From the IMG/VR virus record IMGVR_UViG_3300015607_000169, positions 7,842 through 71,841 of that record: a stretch of DNA of 64,000 nt; one strand, 5' to 3'. The translations under genes and the position numbers were made by a program. Shown here piece by piece: positions 50,196-59,109 of this stretch. A model generated the notes under the pieces. It did not search any database and was not told the origin of the DNA. It was given only the letters and a program-made list of their open reading frames with translations. Source of the stretch: a virus. Its lineage: Duplodnaviria; Caudoviricetes. Each line of letters starts with the position of its first letter. The first letter of the stretch is position 1.

Positions 50196-52094
50196 TTACT
50201 TCTTCGGAGGAAATTTCTTTGGTGGACCTTCTTCCGATTCTTCATCTTCGGATTCTTCCCCACCCTCATCCTCTTCAGGAGCTTCACCTTCTTCACCTTC
50301 CATTGGAGGACCAGATTCTTCACCTTCTATAGAGGGCTCTTCACCTTCCATTGGAGGCATATCGCCTTCTTCGCCTTCAATTGGAGCATCTACAGGGACT
50401 TCGCCACCATCAACATCTCCAATTTCTGTCTTAATTGAAGCAATTAGATCTTCAATGGATGACATTAAATTGGTTAAGTCGTCTGCTGGTGTATATTCTG
50501 CCCCTTCATCTTCCATTCCTGGCATTGGAGGTTCTTCGCCACCTTCCATTGGAGGCTCCATTTCACCTTCATCTCCATCTGGTTCGCCTTCCATTTCTTC
50601 CTGTGCTCCCGCTGCGGCTGCCATTGGATCTTGTGCAGGATCCCCAATTGCATCTCCTTCCTGATCTGCTGCAACATCATCCATTGGAGGGGCATCAATA
50701 TCAGGCTTACCCATTTCTGGGGCCGGTGTAATAGGAGGAGCGCCACCCATTTGAGGCTGTTGCATTGGCATTCCAGGTTGACCACCACCCTGTAACATAG
50801 GCTGCATCATCTTTAGGATTGTTCCAATCTTTCCGAGATCATCTGCAACTTTGTTAAAGTCCATGTAAGCCATCAAACTTGTTTCATTGATAGCTTCTTT
50901 GTATCCCGCTTCCGTAAATACTTCGTTAAGGAAGTCTACAAGGTCAATGGATTCAACTCCATTCTTCACCTTTAAGCTATCTGCTAATTCTGCTAAGGTA
51001 TTCTTTAGGACTGAATTCTTAGGAGCTAACTTTGATAAAGAGGTTAGGATAAGAGATTCTGTCTTAATCAAGTTGGAATAAGTTGGAACATCTGTTAGAT
51101 TGTTTATATTGATTCCATACTTATCATTTAATAGTTCGATGACGTATTCCTTCACAGGCTTTTTCATTTCAAAGATTCTACCAACAAAGGTTGAGATATC
51201 CTTATTTGATACGTCGGTTTCATTCATGGATAAGCAATTGGAAATTAAGGTATTCAATTGCTTTTTAGTCGCTAACGCGAAGTATGGAATATTCGTAACA
51301 ATATTGGCAACTGATTCCATAACTTTCTTTTGATCCTGCTCGTAAACCTGTGTTGCAAGATTGGAGATCAATTCATTATTGGCCCAAGTTGTCTCAAAAT
51401 TGTCCTTTGCATCCAAGAGTTCTTTTGCAACTAACTCTTGACGGCAAAGATGTTCGTAAATTGTGCCGGTTTCATTAGGTCTAACGGCAAAAGTCTTATT
51501 CTTCTGTAGACTCTCTAATGTAATCTTTGGCATATTGAATGCCTTCGAAACTACTGAAGCTAATTTCAATGCATTCTTGATTTCTGGAATATTGACGAGT
51601 TTCTTGTTTTCCTTAAGGAAAGTTACGAGCTTATCTTTTAGCTCAAAGACTTTGGCAAATTCAACTGATTCCATAATCTTAGTTGAAGGGCCGAATCTCT
51701 CAGTCTTTTCTTGTAATCTTTCCTTGATTCTATCATAAGAAAGTTTAGTTTCAAATAATCCTAGAATATTAGAGAAAGTATTGTCAGCTTCCTCATAGGA
51801 GTCCTCAAGTAAGTTGGACAAAAGATTGCATACTTTCTTGTCTACAACTTTCTCAAACGCTCCTCTATTTTCCAATATACTAGAATCATCAACTTGAATA
51901 TTGGTAAGTTTTGGGTATGGCTTAAATGAATAATTAGCCGTAACCACTTTGTTTGATTCAGTAAGATAGGTTACCTTACCATCCTCAACATAAAACAACT
52001 CAACATTCTCTCTCAGAGATCTACCAAGATAATCTCCAATCTTCAAGAGATTTGAGAATTCCTTACCACGACTTTCAATTAGATTTGTTAACAT
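50196..52094 (-). CDS. Prohead core / scaffold-like protein with acidic G/P/E/M-rich disordered tail (632 aa)
   Basis: Directly after portal, own late motif, LIE|S, IME|S, INE|T sites, C-terminal PPMEGEE repeats. Confidence 0.7.
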   Translation of the reverse strand: MLTNLIESRGKEFSNLLKIGDYLGRSLRENVELFYVEDGKVTYLTESNKVVTANYSFKPYPKLTNIQVDDSSILENRGAFEKVVDKKVCNLLSNLLEDSYEEADNTFSNILGLFETKLSYDRIKERLQEKTERFGPSTKIMESVEFAKVFELKDKLVTFLKENKKLVNIPEIKNALKLASVVSKAFNMPKITLESLQKNKTFAVRPNETGTIYEHLCRQELVAKELLDAKDNFETTWANNELISNLATQVYEQDQKKVMESVANIVTNIPYFALATKKQLNTLISNCLSMNETDVSNKDISTFVGRIFEMKKPVKEYVIELLNDKYGININNLTDVPTYSNLIKTESLILTSLSKLAPKNSVLKNTLAELADSLKVKNGVESIDLVDFLNEVFTEAGYKEAINETSLMAYMDFNKVADDLGKIGTILKMMQPMLQGGGQPGMPMQQPQMGGAPPITPAPEMGKPDIDAPPMDDVAADQEGDAIGDPAQDPMAAAAGAQEEMEGEPDGDEGEMEPPMEGGEEPPMPGMEDEGAEYTPADDLTNLMSSIEDLIASIKTEIGDVDGGEVPVDAPIEGEEGDMPPMEGEEPSIEGEESGPPMEGEEGEAPEEDEGGEESEDEESEEGPPKKFPPKK

Positions 52095-52116
52095 AACTCG
52101 TTTCTATATTCAATGT

Positions 52117-52123
52117 TATTTAG
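52117..52123 (-). promoter_or_regulatory. Late promoter motif CTAAATA
   Basis: tatttag 22 nt before the ATG at 52094. Confidence 0.65.
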
Positions 52124-52146
52124 CTATCCTTAATTCGACCATTTTA

Positions 52147-53925
52147 TTATGAGTCATATTTTAAAGATAAAAGCACTTTCTGAGCTTCCTCTGACAGATA
52201 CAGATAATCATCCGATTCAGTTAATCGGATTAATGCTTGTTCATTTGCTGTTGGAGGCGCATTTTCAGCGGGCTCTCCTCCTCCACCTGGAGCATTAGGG
52301 GCTCCCTCAGGACCAGGAGGAGGCATTCCAGGAGCGCCCATTGGACCTCCCATACCGCCCATTCCGCCAGCCATCATCCCTAGAACTGGATCTGTTTGCT
52401 CTTCCTTTAGCTTATTCTTAATCTCTTCAATCTGATGATCGTTAAGTTGGTAGTAATCCTTGTAAATCTTTTCTATAGGGAATATCATCAATCCCTTAAC
52501 TGCCTGAACTACTCTTGCTTTTTGTTCATCAAGGTCTAATTGGCGCTTTCTTGCCATATCAGATGGAGCAGGAAGTTTAATTGTTAACTTCTTGATCTGA
52601 TCCATTGGATATCCCTTAATCATCAAGTGACGTTGCGCAAGAGTCTCTAAGCCCTTTTCTACTGATTGTTGGATTCTTGTAATAACTCTTGCAAACTTAA
52701 CATCCAATTGTGAAAGGTTGGCCTTTCGTTCAGGTGATTGGTCTTTCTCGACAATGAAGTCTTTTGGAATCTTCAATGCGGCTAAGAGCTTATCTCTGAA
52801 ATACTTAACGTCGTCAGTTTCACCAAGATTCTCTGCACCTGGAAGAGTTTCAATCTTAGTTCCTGATCCTTTTCCATTTACTGCAATATAAAAGTCCTCA
52901 TCAACTGCAATTGCATTGAAGGCTTCTTCCATATTACCTGTGGCTTTATTCATCATCTTGGACTTCTTGAACTTGTCCATTTGAGCTTTGATATGAGCTT
53001 CTGCTTTAGTTGCTGGTAATGCTCCTGTATCAATGTAGAAAATTCTACGCTCTGGTGCTCTTGCAAGACGATAGATTAACATTGCATCTTCCATCATCTT
53101 CAATGAGCGATAAATTGATCTAGCCGCTGCTGCAATAGACTTTCCATAAGGATAATGAGTAGGATCCGAAGTATGAAGTCTAAAGTGGACAATCTGGCCT
53201 GGATCTAATGGTATAACTTCTGAGTTCTCAATAGAAGGGCCAGCACCGCCATAAGTAGTCCACTCCTCTTTGGCTGGAATCTGTTGGAAGAAGTTCTTTA
53301 GGTAGCCGAATTCATCCTCTACTCGATACAAGTAGTTTGGATTGAGAATCTTAATACGTTGGATGCCCCGCTTGATATTGTTCAGGTCAACAACTAATTC
53401 AATAAAGTTGTCCCCATACTTTACTGTATTTCTTACAATATCCCAAAGATAACTGTCTAAACTAATTGTTTCGAAGAGATTCTTAACCTCTTCTTTCATC
53501 ATCTCACTATCAGTTACAATATCCCATCTTGATCCATCTAGATTTTCCTGGGAACAATCGTCTGCGTAAATATCGAAGGCTGATCCGATTTCAGGATAAC
53601 CATCCATATCCTCATATTCACGATATCTACGCTTTCTATCGTATTCAAGTTCAGGTAAGATTGGATAAGCACCCTTAGAGTGAACCATCGTAGCCGCTCT
53701 AATAACGTCTCTTGCCTGAACTGTATCTCCGTGTAATGGCCTTGGAGGATCTACTTTCTTAACTATTGGATCTTGGGTTTGATCTTGGCTGTCAAGGTCA
53801 TCTCCTGAATACTTACCCCTTGCTAGGAACTTGGAAAAGAATCTTCCAATCGCTCCAAACGGAGAATACCAGGGATTCTGAGGATTAGCAAATTCTGTAA
53901 AGCCTTCGTTTAACTTAGTAGCCAT
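52147..53925 (-). CDS. gp20: Portal protein (T4 gp20 family)
   Basis: YPYGKSI, MMEDAMLIYRLARAPERRIFYIDTG.LP..KAE, EDF, TKIETLPGAENLGETDDVKYF..KLLAALKIP. Confidence 0.97.
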   Translation of the reverse strand: MATKLNEGFTEFANPQNPWYSPFGAIGRFFSKFLARGKYSGDDLDSQDQTQDPIVKKVDPPRPLHGDTVQARDVIRAATMVHSKGAYPILPELEYDRKRRYREYEDMDGYPEIGSAFDIYADDCSQENLDGSRWDIVTDSEMMKEEVKNLFETISLDSYLWDIVRNTVKYGDNFIELVVDLNNIKRGIQRIKILNPNYLYRVEDEFGYLKNFFQQIPAKEEWTTYGGAGPSIENSEVIPLDPGQIVHFRLHTSDPTHYPYGKSIAAAARSIYRSLKMMEDAMLIYRLARAPERRIFYIDTGALPATKAEAHIKAQMDKFKKSKMMNKATGNMEEAFNAIAVDEDFYIAVNGKGSGTKIETLPGAENLGETDDVKYFRDKLLAALKIPKDFIVEKDQSPERKANLSQLDVKFARVITRIQQSVEKGLETLAQRHLMIKGYPMDQIKKLTIKLPAPSDMARKRQLDLDEQKARVVQAVKGLMIFPIEKIYKDYYQLNDHQIEEIKNKLKEEQTDPVLGMMAGGMGGMGGPMGAPGMPPPGPEGAPNAPGGGGEPAENAPPTANEQALIRLTESDDYLYLSEEAQKVLLSLKYDS

Positions 53926-55478
53926 CTAATATCTTCTTCTGTAACACCACCAGTAGCGGTTTTCATCTTATATTTATAGTTAAAGACTTGTGTTGGAAGA
54001 ATAGTAAGTTTATCTGCTAAAGAATCTCTTTCCATTGGAGTAGATCCAACTATATTATTAAAAGCGTGAACTGCGATAGACAATGACATAACTAAGTCAT
54101 CGTGGCAATTAGTATCAGCTTCTATCTTACCTGTTTCTGGATCCATAACAAAGGTTAGAAGCTCATCAATAAGACGCTCGGAATTTATCTTAATTCTATT
54201 GGATCGTATTGCGTGCTCCATTGCAGCAAGTAGATTCTCTCTATTCTTTTGAGTAATCTGGATACCTAGCTCCCTGTTATCATCCATCATTAGATTTTCA
54301 TACTCATAGGTTTCCTTCAAGAAGAATAGAAGGTTTGTCCCAATCGTATTTCTTTCGGATAATACGAAAGCTGTATTATAGAGTCTAGCTTCGTCTACAA
54401 TAATCTTAGCAAACTCATTCAATGGAGTGCGGTTAGAATAAAATTCTGCTACCTGTTCCCCATTATACAAATCAAAGATATGGAATGCGGAAAAGTCCCT
54501 TTCACGACCAATAGAAGGATCACAAGCTAGAACGTATTCATGGTGTGGCTTTGGATCTTGCCAAATACGCATTCTATTGTTATATTTGATGTTAAAATCG
54601 TTGTTACAATTTTCTTTCAAGGATCTTAAGATTTCACCATCAATATAAGTGTCCCCTGTTCCTAAGAATTCAGCCTCATATTCACTTAACCATTCTTTAA
54701 GAGTATGACGCTTTTTTGTGGTCTTTTCCCAATCATCCACATTGATTGGAGGAGTTCTGGATTCCAAATCTTTATAAATAGCTTCGTATCCGGGAGTTCT
54801 AAAGTATTCTGGATGCTCCTTCCAGTGAATGTTGATTGGATTGAATCCATTTTCATTATTGACTGCTTGAGTCCACATTCTATGGTAAAAGTTACCAATA
54901 CCATTTACCGTAGAAATCAAAAATACACTCCCTCCAGTTGAAATTACGGGGGCAGCACTGCTCCAAATTGTTTCGATATGCTCAATAAAAGCACATTCGT
55001 CGATAATCAGTAAAGAACAAGATAGTGACCTTCCAGACTGCTTTCCAGATGCTTTGGATTGAATTGTTGATCCATTTTCTAAGTCTAATCTGTGGTCATT
55101 ATTTTTCTTAGCTGCGGGTCTTAAGAATGCGGGAAGTTCTTCATACATTACTTTTATTCTTCCAAGTAATTCCTTGGCTTCCTCATCCCCTTTAGAAAGA
55201 ATTGCTACTTTCTTGTTATTGTTAAATATCACAAACCATAAAGCATAAGCTCCAGTGATAGTTGAGGCTCCAGCTTGTCGAAATTTCCGTAGAATATTAA
55301 ATCTATGGGTTTGGAACTCTTTTACAATTCTTTGCTGAAAAGGATAAAGATCAAAGCTTACCATGCCTCTAATTGGATGCACAACTTTGATATATCTTGA
55401 GATGAAGTAGCAAGGATCATTCTTGCATCTCGTAAATTCACGTTTAATTTCTTCTAATTGTTGGCTATTACTTACCAT
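53910..55478 (-). CDS. gp17: Terminase large subunit (T4 gp17 family)
   Basis: LYPFQ, KFRQAGAST Walker A, LLIIDECAF Walker B, STVNG, EYEAEFLG, ACDPS, DDLVM nuclease. Confidence 0.97.
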   Translation of the reverse strand: MVSNSQQLEEIKREFTRCKNDPCYFISRYIKVVHPIRGMVSFDLYPFQQRIVKEFQTHRFNILRKFRQAGASTITGAYALWFVIFNNNKKVAILSKGDEEAKELLGRIKVMYEELPAFLRPAAKKNNDHRLDLENGSTIQSKASGKQSGRSLSCSLLIIDECAFIEHIETIWSSAAPVISTGGSVFLISTVNGIGNFYHRMWTQAVNNENGFNPINIHWKEHPEYFRTPGYEAIYKDLESRTPPINVDDWEKTTKKRHTLKEWLSEYEAEFLGTGDTYIDGEILRSLKENCNNDFNIKYNNRMRIWQDPKPHHEYVLACDPSIGRERDFSAFHIFDLYNGEQVAEFYSNRTPLNEFAKIIVDEARLYNTAFVLSERNTIGTNLLFFLKETYEYENLMMDDNRELGIQITQKNRENLLAAMEHAIRSNRIKINSERLIDELLTFVMDPETGKIEADTNCHDDLVMSLSIAVHAFNNIVGSTPMERDSLADKLTILPTQVFNYKYKMKTATGGVTEEDIRWLLS

Positions 55479-56180
55479 ATGATTCTGATATCCGTATGTA
55501 GTAGATCTAATAACAGAGGTTCTTGTTTACCTCAATTAGTTAGTTATGGTGTTCCTGGTGAGATTAAAACTAGAATTCAATGGGATGCACCTTCAATTTA
55601 TGAAGGACACAAAAGAAACATAGAGCAGAGCGGTTTAAGCGATGATGACATAGTAATAATGTGCCATGATGATGTGGATATTATTTCCAATCATGGTGAA
55701 TTATCCAAGTATTTGGAGATCTGTAAAAAGCCTGGGATTGGATTTATTGGTACCGCTGGAGCAACTACTTTAGGGACAGATCCTATTTGGTGGAATTCTA
55801 GACACTATAACGAAACTCGTGGATTTGTGTTCCAAGGCAAGGATCCAGCTAAAATGACCCCCAATTACTTTGGTGAGTATGGACAAGTTGTATGTTTGGA
55901 TGGTCTATTCCTAGCCGCAACCGTGGATACTCTGAATAAGATAAAATTAGAGAAACCACCCTATCTTACAAGTGATTGGGACTTCTACGATATTCATTTA
56001 ACCACAAAAGCCCATTATTCAGGTTTTGCAAACTACGCTGTGCCTATAATTGTCCGCCATGAATCAGACGGACAGATGAGAGAAGGATGGTTCCAGGCAA
56101 AGCAAGAATTTATCAAAGCAAATCGAATGTTACTTCCAATGAGAGTAGCAAAGGACAAGACAAATGGATTACCTAAGTAG
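55479..56180 (+). CDS. GT2-like glycosyltransferase (Glyco_tranf_2_5 / StrF type)
   Basis: MCHDDV DxD motif, GFIGTAG, VVCLDGLFLA, WDFYD, VRHESDG; start at the ATG abutting the terminase start. Confidence 0.85.
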   Translation: MILISVCSRSNNRGSCLPQLVSYGVPGEIKTRIQWDAPSIYEGHKRNIEQSGLSDDDIVIMCHDDVDIISNHGELSKYLEICKKPGIGFIGTAGATTLGTDPIWWNSRHYNETRGFVFQGKDPAKMTPNYFGEYGQVVCLDGLFLAATVDTLNKIKLEKPPYLTSDWDFYDIHLTTKAHYSGFANYAVPIIVRHESDGQMREGWFQAKQEFIKANRMLLPMRVAKDKTNGLPK

Positions 56181-56493
56181 TTTTATTATTTGGTCTCTAG
56201 CTGTATTCGGAATCTCCAATATTATCGTATTTTCAGCACTACTTAAGAAGCCTAGAGATTGGGTTAGTGGTAAGATTCCATTCCTTGGGAAATTACTAAA
56301 CTGTATTATGTGCTTAGGATTCTGGGCAGGAGCTTTCTTGGGAGAGACTTATTGGAGTCCTTCGAAGCTTCTTATTTTACGAGAATATCCATTTGCATTC
56401 TCCGTTCAAGACTTTATAATGAACGGATGCATTGGAAGCGCCATTAGTTGGATTCTCTATTTACACTTAGCTGAAAAGATGAGGGGTAAGTGA
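56164..56493 (+). CDS. DUF1360-like membrane protein
   Basis: Three hydrophobic segments; PRDWV...LGKLLNCIMCLGFWAG motif. Confidence 0.7.
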   Translation: MDYLSSFIIWSLAVFGISNIIVFSALLKKPRDWVSGKIPFLGKLLNCIMCLGFWAGAFLGETYWSPSKLLILREYPFAFSVQDFIMNGCIGSAISWILYLHLAEKMRGK

Positions 56494-56732
56494 TGCCGCC
56501 TGAACTTACTAACGATCAATACACCATTATTTTAGTAGTGTTGAGTTCAATTTTTATCTCCTGTTTAATAGCCACTTGGATCTATCGTAATGATCCTGAA
56601 ATTATAAGTTATAATTCTACCCTTGAAATGTTTAAAGCAGAAAAAGAGCGCCGAAAAAAAGAAGAAAAGAACAGGGTTAAAGAATGGACTTCTAGGATGG
56701 AACGATCCGTCAATTCTTTTATATGGGGTTAG
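56490..56732 (+). CDS. Small single-TM protein with charged coiled tail
   Basis: TM YTIILVVLSSIFISCLIATWIY then KERRKKEEK. Confidence 0.6.
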   Translation: MMPPELTNDQYTIILVVLSSIFISCLIATWIYRNDPEIISYNSTLEMFKAEKERRKKEEKNRVKEWTSRMERSVNSFIWG

Positions 56733-56744
56733 TGGGAGCCACCC

Positions 56745-56804
56745 CTAGCACCCATTAGCACAAAAACCACGTTTAACTAAACCGTAATGAATTTTTTGAA
56801 GCAT
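56745..56804 (-). CDS. 19-aa late peptide MLQKIHYGLVKRGFCANGC
   Basis: ATAAATA motif + AGGAGG RBS 5 nt before the ATG; below ORF-track size cutoff. Confidence 0.6.
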   Translation of the reverse strand: MLQKIHYGLVKRGFCANGC

Positions 56805-56820
56805 AGAAACCTCCTAAAGA

Positions 56821-56827
56821 TATTTAT
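56821..56827 (-). promoter_or_regulatory. Late promoter motif ATAAATA for the 19-aa peptide
   Basis: tatttat immediately left of the divergent HAD gene ATG. Confidence 0.55.
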
Positions 56828-57202
56828 ATGAGAAATACCTTTTTCTTAGACTTGGATGGAACATTAGTTCAACACCTAGAAGATTTTGAATTGGTGCATG
56901 AGACTAACTTCCTTCCTGTATTACCTGGAGCCAAGGAACAAACAAATAAGTGGCATTGTAATGGTGATATGATTATTATCACTACCGCAAGGCCGGAGTC
57001 GATTAGAAAGCTAACAGAAACTCAATTACAGAATGCTGGAATTGTATACGATCTTCTCATTATGGGAATTGGAGCAGGCGATAGAATTCTTGTAAATGAC
57101 AAATCGGAAAGTGGCAGAAATAAAGCGTTTGCATTTAATGTGGAAAGAAATAAAGATGGCGTAAAAGATATCACAATGTGGGATGATATAAAGGCTAGAT
57201 AA
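56828..57202 (+). CDS. HAD-family phosphatase (minimal, capsule-biosynthesis-phosphatase / PNK-3'-phosphatase-like)
   Basis: FLDLDGTL motif I, IITTARP motif II, YDLLIMG, LVNDK. Confidence 0.85.
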   Translation: MRNTFFLDLDGTLVQHLEDFELVHETNFLPVLPGAKEQTNKWHCNGDMIIITTARPESIRKLTETQLQNAGIVYDLLIMGIGAGDRILVNDKSESGRNKAFAFNVERNKDGVKDITMWDDIKAR

Positions 57203-57212
57203 ATTAGCCTTT

Positions 57213-57782
57213 ATGATTTTAGAACTAAACTTTACCGATATTGTAAATAATATCCCATGGAATGAAATTCTGACTGTAGCCGCAGCATTAGGAGCTTTAT
57301 TCTTAAAACGGATAAACTCAAATATCAATAAAGTTAAAACTCAAGTAGAAAACAATGGTGGATCAAGTTTACGGGATGCAGTAGGAAGAATAGAAGCACG
57401 GCTTAATGAGCTTGCATCTACAATGGATACGATGCATCAAATGTCCCAAAAGCCGATGTTTAGGACAAATGCAAAAGGTGAATGTGTTTGGATTAATACC
57501 GCATATTCTCTTCTAACGGGTAAGTCAATAGAAGATCTCAAAGGACATGGATGGGAGATAGTAATTCACCCAGAGGATAAGATTTCAGTGCTACAAGAAT
57601 GGGAGTCTTGCGTAAAAGATACCAGAAGATTCGAACTTCCTTTCCGAATCCAAAACCCAACTAACGGAACAGTTACAACTATTAAGTGCAAGGCTTATCC
57701 CGTAATCTCAAACAAGGAAACCACTGGATACATAGGGGTTTGGTATTTAATTGATAATATGGTTGCATCTGACGTTACTTAG
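57213..57782 (+). CDS. N-terminal TM + NGGSSLRDAV coiled coil + PAS domain protein
   Basis: TM ILTVAAALGALFL; NNGGSSLRDAVGRIE; PAS FRTNAKG.CVWIN..Y..LTG...DL.G.GW..VIHPED. Confidence 0.8.
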   Translation: MILELNFTDIVNNIPWNEILTVAAALGALFLKRINSNINKVKTQVENNGGSSLRDAVGRIEARLNELASTMDTMHQMSQKPMFRTNAKGECVWINTAYSLLTGKSIEDLKGHGWEIVIHPEDKISVLQEWESCVKDTRRFELPFRIQNPTNGTVTTIKCKAYPVISNKETTGYIGVWYLIDNMVASDVT

Positions 57783-57790
57783 GGTATAAT
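57763..57790 (+). promoter_or_regulatory. sigma70-type promoter TTGCAT-N16-TATAAT-N6-ATG (leaderless)
   Basis: Same geometry as the five promoters in the early region. Confidence 0.7.
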
Positions 57791-57796
57791 GGGCTC

Positions 57797-57997
57797 ATGG
57801 ACGTAAACCCGAATGCAATTGTTGGAGCGATGGATTCTCTAGATCGTAGGGTTTCCATTATCACTACGATGATCGAGGCTTGCAACCAAAAGCATTCGAT
57901 TCCAAATCACAAGTTTGTGATTATCAAGGAACGGATCAAAGAAATCAACAAAAGTTTGGATGCTATTATCGAAATCGCAAATGAATACTTCAAGTAA
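57797..57997 (+). CDS. Small helical hypothetical (66 aa)
   Basis: ATG 6 nt after TATAAT. Confidence 0.65.
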   Translation: MDVNPNAIVGAMDSLDRRVSIITTMIEACNQKHSIPNHKFVIIKERIKEINKSLDAIIEIANEYFK

Positions 57998-58310
57998 TCC
58001 ATTTACTAATATCCCTGAGGGCTGTGGTAGCACAGATGGACGCACTATCTATAACACAAACTTTGGGTGGGAATGTCCTAAGTGCGGTAGATGCTATGCT
58101 CCACACATTATTCAATGTTCTTGGTGTGGCCCAAATACAGTAACCGCTCCATATATTCCATCCCCTCCCTGGACCGTTCCTCCTTATGGACCTCTTGTAA
58201 CCTGGAATTATTCCAATGCAAGTCCTCAATCTGAGCCCCAACCTGCCTATAATCGACAACCCGACCCGAATCCAGGTGATTTCGACCTGCGTTCTGTCGG
58301 TGGGTGTTGA
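57981..58310 (+). CDS. Zn-ribbon protein with Pro-rich tail
   Basis: GWECPKCGRCYAPHIIQCSWC; start ATG 57981. Confidence 0.7.
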   Translation: MNTSSNPFTNIPEGCGSTDGRTIYNTNFGWECPKCGRCYAPHIIQCSWCGPNTVTAPYIPSPPWTVPPYGPLVTWNYSNASPQSEPQPAYNRQPDPNPGDFDLRSVGGC

Positions 58311-58518
58311 TACCGCTTGGATCAACTTTGTCTTTCAAGACTTTGATTTTACTAGACAAGATTGGATTACGGTGTCAATCACCACTTCAGTTTCTTTTGT
58401 AAGAAAGGACGGAAAAATCATTATCAAAGATTTCCCAAAGAATACCTTAAGAAATATTCCACCTAAACTGCAATTTGATCTGTGGACCAACGCTAGAAAA
58501 TTGTTAAACGAGAAATGA
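58300..58518 (+). CDS. Hypothetical protein
   Basis: 3' part of ORF 58216..58518; GTG start overlapping the upstream stop. Confidence 0.5.
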   Translation: MGVDTAWINFVFQDFDFTRQDWITVSITTSVSFVRKDGKIIIKDFPKNTLRNIPPKLQFDLWTNARKLLNEK

Positions 58519-58521
58519 AAT

Positions 58522-58887
58522 ATGGAAAGCAAAAAGAAGAAGAAGAAGAAGAAGGCTCTTAGCTTCGATTACAACAATCTATTCCACGTAGCAACGGAAT
58601 TGTTCAATAGGAGTAAGAAGCCTAGAGAGTATAACTCTGCTTCTAAAATTATGAAGGAAATGTTGGATCATGCTTATGAGTCCTTTATTGAACAGCCTTG
58701 GGGGAAGGAGGATGTATTCTGGATTAGTTCTTGGGGATACACTATCCTTAAGGAAGATTCCTATATTGAGGATGGAAAGGTTAGGGTATCTTTTCATTCG
58801 AATTCCCCTTTCCATGGTTTTGTTTATGCAAGTTATGGTGAAGATGGCCTAAGAATTGAAGATCAACTGGTGACCCTTGAATACTGA
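58522..58887 (+). CDS. Hypothetical protein with poly-Lys N-terminus
   Basis: 121-aa ORF in the plus-strand cluster. Confidence 0.6.
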   Translation: MESKKKKKKKKALSFDYNNLFHVATELFNRSKKPREYNSASKIMKEMLDHAYESFIEQPWGKEDVFWISSWGYTILKEDSYIEDGKVRVSFHSNSPFHGFVYASYGEDGLRIEDQLVTLEY

Positions 58888-59005
58888 ATTCTACGAATCA
58901 AATTTTATCTTAGGTAATCAAAGAGAAGTACTTCTTGGACTTAAGATTTACTTTGTTACCTTGTTTATTTTTGGAGTAATCTCATGGCTGTTCAAAGTTC
59001 AGTGA
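58877..59005 (+). CDS. 42-aa membrane peptide
   Basis: TTG start, LKIYFVTLFIFGVISWLF TM, TGATG coupling to the next ORF. Confidence 0.45.
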   Translation: MNTEFYESNFILGNQREVLLGLKIYFVTLFIFGVISWLFKVQ

Positions 59006-59109
59006 TGTTGGATACTTGTAAGAAGGTCGGTCAAATGCTTCTCTGGATCGGACTTTCTTTGGGTATTGTTTTTGGAATTCTAACTCTTTTCAATGCGTGC
59101 AAACCATGA
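59005..59109 (+). CDS. 34-aa membrane peptide MLDTCKKVGQMLLWIGLSLGIVFGILTLFNACKP
   Basis: Coupled at both ends (TGATG, ATGA). Confidence 0.55.
   Translation: MLDTCKKVGQMLLWIGLSLGIVFGILTLFNACKP

Noticed and set aside
50140-50664. 174-aa Ser/Pro/Gly-rich plus-strand ORF
   Set aside because: Antisense shadow of the GAA/GGA-rich low-complexity tail of the core protein
43486-55478. Inteins or introns in helicase, portal or terminase
   Set aside because: Lengths are normal, motifs contiguous, and no intein splice-junction or LAGLIDADG/HNH signatures seen
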